Shown: in pieces, positions 25,788 to 32,000 of the stretch
How the letters are laid out: each line of letters opens with the position of its first letter
Numbering within the stretch: position 1 is the stretch's first letter
NCBI RefSeq assembly: GCF_000022265.1
Contig: NC_011979.1
Coordinates: forward strand, 1,200,001-1,232,000
Source of the DNA: Geotalea daltonii FRC-32
Lineage (GTDB): Bacteria > Desulfobacterota > Desulfuromonadia > Geobacterales > Geobacteraceae
Length of the DNA: 32,000 nt
Reading direction: 5' to 3'
Notes under the pieces: model-generated
Told to the model about the DNA's origin: nothing
Database searches by the model: none
What the model saw: the letters and a program-made list of their open reading frames with translations, nothing else
Translations under genes and position numbers: made by a program

Positions 25788-25863
25788 AAACTCTGAGATT
25801 TAAGAATTGGTTTGCTCCAGAAAAACTGTAAGCAGAAGCGGCTTCTGCAGGACAAAGATAAAC

Positions 25864-25893
25864 TTGAAAAGGCACTGATAAGTGTGCTATTTG
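25864..25893 (+). promoter_or_regulatory. candidate recA promoter TTGAAA-18 nt-(TGc)TATTTG
   Basis: -35 at 25864-25869. Extended -10 at 25885-25893. Sequence match only. Confidence 0.35.
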
Positions 25894-25954
25894 TGGGTAC
25901 GCTCCAGCTAATAGTGTTATGTGGAGAGGGTATAAAATTACGGGAGGCTCCTGA

Positions 25955-26956
25955 ATGCAGGAAAGAGAGAAGGCTATTGACCTGGCGTTGAGCCAGATAG
26001 AAAAGCAGTTCGGCAAGGGCTCCATAATGCGCCTCGGCAATGAAGAGGCCTTGCCCGATGTGGCAGCCATACCCACCGGCTCCCTTTCCCTCGACATTGC
26101 CCTTGGTGTCGGTGGCGTGCCCAGAGGGCGCATTATCGAAATCTACGGCCCGGAGTCGTCGGGAAAGACCACACTGGCACTGCACATCGTTGCAGAAGCA
26201 CAGAAAACGGAAGGTATTGCTGCTTTTATAGATGCCGAGCATGCACTGGATATCGGCTATGCCCGTAAGCTGGGGGTGAAAACCGATGACCTGCTGGTTT
26301 CTCAGCCGGACACCGGTGAACAGGCCCTTGAAATAACGGAGACACTGGTGCGAAGCGGCGCCATTGATGTCCTCGTTATCGATTCGGTAGCGGCGCTGGT
26401 GCCGAAGGCCGAGATCGAAGGGGAGATGGGGGATTCGCACATGGGGCTGCAGGCCCGCCTCATGTCACAGGCCCTGCGGAAGTTGACCGCTATCATCAGT
26501 AAATCCAACTGTTGCGTCATCTTCATCAATCAGATCAGAATGAAAATCGGCGTCATGTTCGGCAATCCGGAAACAACCACTGGCGGCAACGCCCTCAAAT
26601 TTTACGCCTCGGTGCGTATGGACATCAGGAAGATTGCCAGCCTCAAGCAGGGAAATGATGTCATTGGCTCCCGCACCAAGGTGAAAGTTGTGAAGAACAA
26701 GGTGGCTCCTCCCTTCAAGGAGGTTGAATTCGATATTCTCTACGGCGAGGGCATTTCCCGTGAGGGAGACATCCTTGATCTGGCCGTGGAAAAGGGAATT
26801 GTCGACAAGAGCGGCGCCTGGTTCTCTTACGGCAAGGAAAGGATCGGCCAGGGACGGGAAAACTCCCGCATCTACCTGAAGCAGAATCCGGAGATATGTG
26901 CGGAAATAAAGGAAAAGCTCGCCCAGCAGACAGTACCCTCCGGAGGGGGTGCATAA
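25955..26956 (+). CDS. recA: recombinase RecA
   Basis: [18 protein letters not shown], the Walker A motif [19 protein letters not shown] and [23 protein letters not shown]. Confidence 0.98.
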   Translation: MQEREKAIDLALSQIEKQFGKGSIMRLGNEEALPDVAAIPTGSLSLDIALGVGGVPRGRIIEIYGPESSGKTTLALHIVAEAQKTEGIAAFIDAEHALDIGYARKLGVKTDDLLVSQPDTGEQALEITETLVRSGAIDVLVIDSVAALVPKAEIEGEMGDSHMGLQARLMSQALRKLTAIISKSNCCVIFINQIRMKIGVMFGNPETTTGGNALKFYASVRMDIRKIASLKQGNDVIGSRTKVKVVKNKVAPPFKEVEFDILYGEGISREGDILDLAVEKGIVDKSGAWFSYGKERIGQGRENSRIYLKQNPEICAEIKEKLAQQTVPSGGGA

Positions 26957-26959
26957 AAA

Positions 26960-28108
26960 ATGGATCTTAACGAGATACTCACCATAGCTGTCAAGGCGCG
27001 CGGTTCGGATATCCACATCAAAACCGGCATGCCTCCCATCGTCCGCATTGACGGAAGGCTAAGGGCCATTCCCAATGCGGAACGCCTCACGGCCGAGAAT
27101 GTCATGAACATGGCCATGGGGATCATGAACGAACGGCAGCAGAAGCATTTCGACGAGAATTTCGAGGTCGATCTTGCCTATGGCGTACCCGGCCTCGGCC
27201 GATTCCGTGTCAGTGTCTATGCCCAGCGGGGTAGCATCGCCATGGTGTTCCGTGCCATACCCTTCGGCATTCCATCACTGGAAGCGCTCAATCTGCCGCC
27301 GGTCCTGAAAAAAATCGCCATGGAAGAGCGTGGGCTGGTCCTGGTTACCGGGACCACCGGTAGCGGCAAGTCGACGACCCTGGCGGCAATGGTTGATTTC
27401 GTCAATGAAAGCCGCAACTGCAACATCATCACCATTGAAGACCCGGTGGAATACCTGCACAAGGATAAAAAGAGCATCATCAGCCAGCGTGAAGTGGGAT
27501 TCGACACCTCCTCCTTCGGCAAGGCCCTGACCAGTTCCCTGCGTCAGGACCCTGATGTTATCCTCGTGGGTGAAATGCGTGATTTCGAAACTATCGAGAC
27601 CGCCCTCACGGCTGCCGAAACGGGCCATCTGGTCATGTCGACCCTGCATACCCTGGATGCAGCCGAGACCATCAACCGCATCATTTCCGTCTTCCCCCCC
27701 TATCATCAACGTCAGGTAAGGATGCAGCTTTCCGGTATCATCAAGGGTGTCATCTCTCAGCGACTGGTACCGAGAGCCGACGGCAAAGGGAGGGTGCCCG
27801 CCGTCGAAGTCATGATCGGTACAGCCCGCATCCGTGATTGCATTGACGACAAGGAAAAGACCAAGCAGATACCGGAGGCCATTGCCCAGGGTTTCACCAC
27901 CTACGGCATGCAGACCTTTGACCAGTCATTGATGCAGCTGTTCACCCGAAAGCTGATTACCTACGAAGAGGCTCTGCGCCAGTCATCCAATCCGGATGAC
28001 TTTGCCCTCAAGGTTTCCGGCATCTCTTCCACCTCCGATGCCAACTGGGATCAGTTTGCCATGGAGGGAAGCGAAGAAGGGGAGAAGCTGGAAATAGACA
28101 AGTTCTGA
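26960..28108 (+). CDS. pilT: PilT-family type IV pilus retraction ATPase
   Basis: SDIHIKTGMPPIVRIDG, the Walker A motif GTTGSGKST, the Asp box and Walker B ITIEDPVEY...DPDVILVGEMRD, and the His box GHLVMSTLHT. It starts 3 nt after the recA stop. Confidence 0.9.
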   Translation: MDLNEILTIAVKARGSDIHIKTGMPPIVRIDGRLRAIPNAERLTAENVMNMAMGIMNERQQKHFDENFEVDLAYGVPGLGRFRVSVYAQRGSIAMVFRAIPFGIPSLEALNLPPVLKKIAMEERGLVLVTGTTGSGKSTTLAAMVDFVNESRNCNIITIEDPVEYLHKDKKSIISQREVGFDTSSFGKALTSSLRQDPDVILVGEMRDFETIETALTAAETGHLVMSTLHTLDAAETINRIISVFPPYHQRQVRMQLSGIIKGVISQRLVPRADGKGRVPAVEVMIGTARIRDCIDDKEKTKQIPEAIAQGFTTYGMQTFDQSLMQLFTRKLITYEEALRQSSNPDDFALKVSGISSTSDANWDQFAMEGSEEGEKLEIDKF

Positions 28109-28109
28109 A

Positions 28110-28592
28110 ATGGGTGATAAGGCCGGTGCCCTGCCCGTGGCGCTGAGAATACTGGCCCGCCGGGATCACAGCGAGGCGGAACTGCGGCGCAAGCTTCAGG
28201 AAAGAGGCTTTGGCTGCGGCGAAACTGAGGCTGCCGTTACCAGGATGAAAGGGCTCGGTTACCTGGATGACAGTCGTTTTGCCCGACAATGGGCGGAATC
28301 GGCCGTTCGGAATGGACGCGGTTTCGGACCGAGGATCCGGCTGGAGTTGCTGCGCCGGGGAGTTGCCGAAACAATCATTTCGGAGGTGCTTGTATCTCTG
28401 ACAGGTGATTACCAGGAGCGGCAGGTTCTGGAATCGGTCGTGGCCAGGAAATTCGGCAGTTTCGACTGCCGCAAGGCCGATGACAGGGAGAAGCGTCGTA
28501 TTGTCAGCTATCTCCAGCGCCGCGGCTTTTCCCTTTCCCTGATTTTGGATGTTTTACATGAGCAGCAAGGTTGCCGAGGCAACCTTTTTTAG
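28110..28592 (+). CDS. recX: RecA regulator RecX
   Basis: [33 protein letters not shown] and repeated three-helix modules. It starts 1 nt after the pilT stop. Confidence 0.9.
   Translation: MGDKAGALPVALRILARRDHSEAELRRKLQERGFGCGETEAAVTRMKGLGYLDDSRFARQWAESAVRNGRGFGPRIRLELLRRGVAETIISEVLVSLTGDYQERQVLESVVARKFGSFDCRKADDREKRRIVSYLQRRGFSLSLILDVLHEQQGCRGNLF
28569..28590 (+). terminator. intrinsic terminator overlapping the last codons of recX
   Basis: GGTTGCC-ga-GGCAACC followed by TTTTTT. In practice this is about a 5-bp stem with a 6-nt loop. The TAG stop lies at 28590-28592. Confidence 0.5.
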
Positions 28593-28633
28593 TTCCTTTC
28601 AAGCTGCTTTTACAATATTTTGCAGAGGTTTTC

Positions 28634-31264
28634 ATGACAGGCAAAGAAATCAGAGAAAAGTTCTTCAGATTTTTTGAGGAGAGAGGTCATACGGTTGTGG
28701 AAAGCTCCAACCTCGTCCCCAGAAATGACCCGACCCTCCTCTTTACCAATGCGGGAATGAACCAGTTCAAGGATCTGTTCCTCGGCCTGGAGAAACGTGG
28801 CTACGTCCGCGCCTGCAGTTCCCAAAAATGTGTCCGCGCCGGCGGCAAGCACAATGACCTGGAAAATGTCGGTCGTACCGCCCGTCATCATACCTTTTTC
28901 GAGATGCTGGGAAATTTTTCCTTCGGCGACTATTTCAAAAAAGAGGCCATTGCCTTTGCCTGGGACTTCCTGACCAGGGAACTGAAGCTGGACAAGAATC
29001 GCCTTTATGTGACGGTTTACACGGACGATGACGAGGCGGCCGAGATCTGGAACAAGCAGGAAGGGGTACCTGTGGAGCGGATCTACCGCTTCGGCGAGAA
29101 GGACAACTTCTGGTCCATGGGTGATACCGGACCGTGCGGTCCCTGCACCGAGATCTTCTGGGACAATGGTCCCGGCACCGGCTGCGGCAGCCCTACCTGC
29201 GAGGTCGGCTGCGATTGCGACCGCTATATGGAGATCTGGAACAACGTCTTCATGCAGTTCAACAGGGATGCCAAGGGTAACATGACGCCGCTGCCGAAAC
29301 CATCAGTGGATACCGGAATGGGCTTGGAGCGGATCTGCACCGTCATGCAGGGGGTTACCTCCAATTACGACACGGATCTCCTGCAGGGAATCATTCGGCA
29401 CGTGGAAAAGCTTTCCGGCAAGCGGTACCGCCAGGACGAGAAGGATGATGTCTCCATGCGGGTCATTGCCGATCACGCGCGGGCCATCACCTTCCTCATC
29501 TGCGACGGCGTGCTCCCCAGCAACGAGGGGCGCGGCTACGTGCTCCGCCGCATTATGCGCCGGGCCGCCCGCCACGCCAAGATGCTCGGCTTTGCCGAGC
29601 CGGTGCTGTACCGGATTGTCGACGCAGTCAATGCCATGATGGGGGACGCCTATCCGGAGCTTCTGGAGCGGGAGGAGTACGTCAAGAAGGTGATCCATGC
29701 GGAAGAGGAACGGTTCATGGAAACTTTGGACCGGGGCCTTTCCATTCTCAACGAGGAGGTTGCCCTACTGAAGAAACAGGCCGGGACCGTGCTGCCGGGG
29801 GAGGTGGTTTTCCGCCTCTACGACACTTTCGGGTTCCCGGTGGATCTTACGGCGGACATTGTCGCCAATGAAGGGCTGACTATCGACGAGGACGGCTTCG
29901 TCCTGTGCATGGAGAAACAGCGCCTCCAGGCGAGGGAAAACTGGAAGGGGTCAGGAGAGGAAGGTCTGGCAGAGATTTACAAGAACCTGCACGGCAAAGG
30001 GATCAGGAGCGCATTTGTCGGCTATGACGAGCAGACGGCTTATTCTCCCATAACTGTTCTGCTGCGGGAAGGCAGAGAGGTTACTGAAGCGGTTGTCGGG
30101 GAGGAAGTGGAAGTCGTCGTCGGAACCACCCCCTTCTATGGCGCTTCCGGCGGCCAAGCCGGGGATATCGGTGTCATTTCAACCGGCAATGCCCATCTTA
30201 AAGTCGTCGGCACCAGCAAGCCCTTTGCCGATCTCACCGTGCACCGCGTACTGGTGGAGAAAGGGACGGTCAAGGTGGGGGATGCGGCCGATCTAAAGGT
30301 ACTCACCCGGGAGCGTAACGCCACGGCCCGCAACCACACGGCTACCCATCTCTTGCAGTCGGCCCTGCGTCAGGTCGTCGGCGACCATGTGAAGCAGGCC
30401 GGTTCGCTGGTCACTGCCGACCGGCTCCGCTTCGACTTCACCCACTTCTCTGCCATGGCGGCCGACGAATTGCGTCGGGTGGAGAACATCGTCAATGGAT
30501 ACATCATGGAGAACTCCGACGTGAGTTCGGTGGAAATGGCCGCGGCAGAAGCCATGCAGAGCGGTGCCACCGCCCTGTTCGGCGAAAAATACGGGGACCG
30601 GGTCCGGGTTGTCAGGGTGGGTGAGGTGAGCAGCGAGTTGTGCGGTGGTACCCATGTCCAGGCAGCCGGCGACATCGGATTTTTCAAGATTGTCAGTGAA
30701 GCGGGGATTGCCGCAGGGGTGCGCCGTATCGAGGCCGTCACCGGCAGCGGCGCCATTGAATATGTCCAGCAGCTGGAAGACGAGCAGAAGCACCTTGCGA
30801 CCCTGATCAAGGCGGAGGGAGGCGGCGTCATCGACAGAGTTGAGCGCCTGCTGGCAAGACAGAAAGAACTGCAGCGGGAAGTGGAGGAACTCCAGTCCCG
30901 CCTGAACGCCTCCAAGTCGGCCGATCTGCTTGCCGGGGTACGGGAAAGCAATGGAATAAAAATTCTTGCCACCAGAGTTGAGACCGGGGACCCGAAAGGG
31001 CTGCGTGATCTGTCTGACAGCCTGAAAGACCGGCTTCAGTCGGGGGTGATCGTTCTCGGCTGTGCTGCAGCCGGCAAGGCCAACCTGCTGGTGGCCGTGA
31101 CCAAAGATCTCACCGACCGCTGCAAGGCAGGGGACATCATCAAGTCACTGGCTCCCATCATCGGCGGCAGCGGCGGCGGCAAGCCCGAGCTTGCCCAGGC
31201 TGGCGGCACGAAGCCTGAAAATCTCGATGAGGCATTGGAAGCAGCCTATAAAATAATCGGTTAA
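28634..31264 (+). CDS. alaS: alanine--tRNA ligase
   Basis: The start is ATG 28634 ([29 protein letters not shown]) with AGAGG upstream. [28 protein letters not shown], the editing-domain motifs HTATHLL and CGGTH, and a C-terminal DHHA1 domain. Confidence 0.97.
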   Translation: MTGKEIREKFFRFFEERGHTVVESSNLVPRNDPTLLFTNAGMNQFKDLFLGLEKRGYVRACSSQKCVRAGGKHNDLENVGRTARHHTFFEMLGNFSFGDYFKKEAIAFAWDFLTRELKLDKNRLYVTVYTDDDEAAEIWNKQEGVPVERIYRFGEKDNFWSMGDTGPCGPCTEIFWDNGPGTGCGSPTCEVGCDCDRYMEIWNNVFMQFNRDAKGNMTPLPKPSVDTGMGLERICTVMQGVTSNYDTDLLQGIIRHVEKLSGKRYRQDEKDDVSMRVIADHARAITFLICDGVLPSNEGRGYVLRRIMRRAARHAKMLGFAEPVLYRIVDAVNAMMGDAYPELLEREEYVKKVIHAEEERFMETLDRGLSILNEEVALLKKQAGTVLPGEVVFRLYDTFGFPVDLTADIVANEGLTIDEDGFVLCMEKQRLQARENWKGSGEEGLAEIYKNLHGKGIRSAFVGYDEQTAYSPITVLLREGREVTEAVVGEEVEVVVGTTPFYGASGGQAGDIGVISTGNAHLKVVGTSKPFADLTVHRVLVEKGTVKVGDAADLKVLTRERNATARNHTATHLLQSALRQVVGDHVKQAGSLVTADRLRFDFTHFSAMAADELRRVENIVNGYIMENSDVSSVEMAAAEAMQSGATALFGEKYGDRVRVVRVGEVSSELCGGTHVQAAGDIGFFKIVSEAGIAAGVRRIEAVTGSGAIEYVQQLEDEQKHLATLIKAEGGGVIDRVERLLARQKELQREVEELQSRLNASKSADLLAGVRESNGIKILATRVETGDPKGLRDLSDSLKDRLQSGVIVLGCAAAGKANLLVAVTKDLTDRCKAGDIIKSLAPIIGGSGGGKPELAQAGGTKPENLDEALEAAYKIIG

Positions 31265-31278
31265 CCGGGAGTGACTCC

Positions 31279-31623
31279 ATGAACTGGAAAAATGTCGATT
31301 CTAATGCTCTGGCTGAAAATCTCCATCCCAAGCACGACAAATACTTTCTCAAAGACCTCGTTGTTAAGGCTGACAGCGGTCTTCTCAGTGTCCATCGCGG
31401 CAGAATCGAGCCTGGCGGAGAGATCTTTGTCCACACCCATGAGGTAGAGTCGGAGACTTTCTATATCCTCTCCGGCCGGCTTGAGTGCACCATGGGTGAT
31501 GAGAAAATAGCTTATGCCGCCGGCAACTGCGGCTTCGCACCACCGGGCATTCCCCACGGCCTGCGCAATACGGGGGATGTCCCAGCGGAGCTTATCGCCA
31601 TCTTTACCCCACCTCTGAAGTAA
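31279..31623 (+). CDS. cupin domain protein
   Basis: Cupin_2 motifs GGEIFVHTHEVESETFYILSG and PPGIPHGLRNTG. GGGAG RBS. Confidence 0.8.
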   Translation: MNWKNVDSNALAENLHPKHDKYFLKDLVVKADSGLLSVHRGRIEPGGEIFVHTHEVESETFYILSGRLECTMGDEKIAYAAGNCGFAPPGIPHGLRNTGDVPAELIAIFTPPLK

Positions 31624-31648
31624 TCTGCAGCCGATTTTGTGAGGCGCC

Positions 31649-32000
31649 ATGCTTGATGTCGTTCAGACTCAGAACATAGAGCTCCGCCAGAAGCAGGAGG
31701 GGAAATGCATTCTCATCGTCGATGATGAGGCCATCATCCGCGATCTCTGCAGCAGGGCACTCAAAGGCTACCGGGTGCTGGAGGCTGCCGATGGCGAAGA
31801 GGCCCTCAAGGTCTTCGAGAATGGCGGGGTCGATGTCATCCTCACCGATGTGATGATGCCCAACATGGATGGGATCGAGCTCCTGAAGAAGCTGAAGGAG
31901 CTGGAACCGACGCTGGTGGTCATTGTCATGACCGGCTATGCGGACAAGGACATCATCCTCAATGCACTGAAGGCCGATGCCGACGATTTCATCACCAAAC
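31649..32000 (+). CDS. response regulator receiver domain protein (5' part; continues beyond the window)
   Basis: Hand translation from ATG 31649 gives MLDVVQTQNIELRQKQEGKCILIVDDEAIIRDLCSRAL...VDVILTDVMMPNMDGIELL...VIVMTGYADKD...ADDFITK. It is absent from the track because no stop is reached. Confidence 0.85.
   Translation, partial: MLDVVQTQNIELRQKQEGKCILIVDDEAIIRDLCSRALKGYRVLEAADGEEALKVFENGGVDVILTDVMMPNMDGIELLKKLKELEPTLVVIVMTGYADKDIILNALKADADDFITK

Noticed and set aside
1-32000. Search for mobile elements, prophage genes, toxin-antitoxin pairs, restriction-modification or other defence systems, CRISPR, and tRNA or rRNA genes.
   Set aside because: None of the ORFs or intergenic regions shows the expected signatures. 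I found no integrase, transposase or recombinase, no terminal inverted repeats or att-like tRNA flanks, and no spacer-repeat arrays. The window is core chromosome.

Overview
This is a dense chromosomal window of about 31 protein genes, almost all housekeeping. I found no rRNA, tRNA, CRISPR array, transposase, integrase or recognisable defence genes.

Gene order, left to right:
- cls (partial, minus strand) and a thioredoxin-fold gene (minus)
- rsmB, rpe and a response-regulator diguanylate cyclase (plus)
- an endonuclease III-like gene and nadA (minus)
- tatA (plus)
- a complete Tol-Pal cluster tolQ-tolR-tolA-tolB-pal-cpoB, plus a carbon-nitrogen hydrolase (all minus)
- hemW, then the heat-shock block hrcA-grpE / dnaK / dnaJ with a perfect CIRCE operator
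- a secreted single-HKD PLD/Nuc-like protein
- larB-larC-pgpA-cinA
- a PAS-GAF histidine kinase
- recA-pilT-recX, alaS, a cupin and a partial response regulator

Gene content and order (CIRCE-hrcA-grpE-dnaK-dnaJ, recA-pilT-recX-alaS) resemble Geobacter/Desulfuromonadales genomes. That lineage call is inference only.

I do not see a convincing new multi-gene system here. The observations most worth a second look are:
1. An in-frame TGA that splits one thioredoxin-fold gene into two track ORFs. It sits exactly at a U-x-x-C redox motif and has a SECIS-like hairpin downstream, so the gene is a likely selenoprotein.
2. A roughly 115-nt intergenic module present twice, upstream of hrcA and in the dnaK-dnaJ spacer. 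The second copy carries an 86-nt structured insertion inside the loop of a conserved inverted repeat.
3. A six-copy heptamer array that forms a multi-register terminator between grpE and dnaK.
4. Tight operon couplings: recA-pilT-recX and larB-larC-pgpA-cinA.

All promoter, terminator and RNA-structure calls were made by eye and are unverified.
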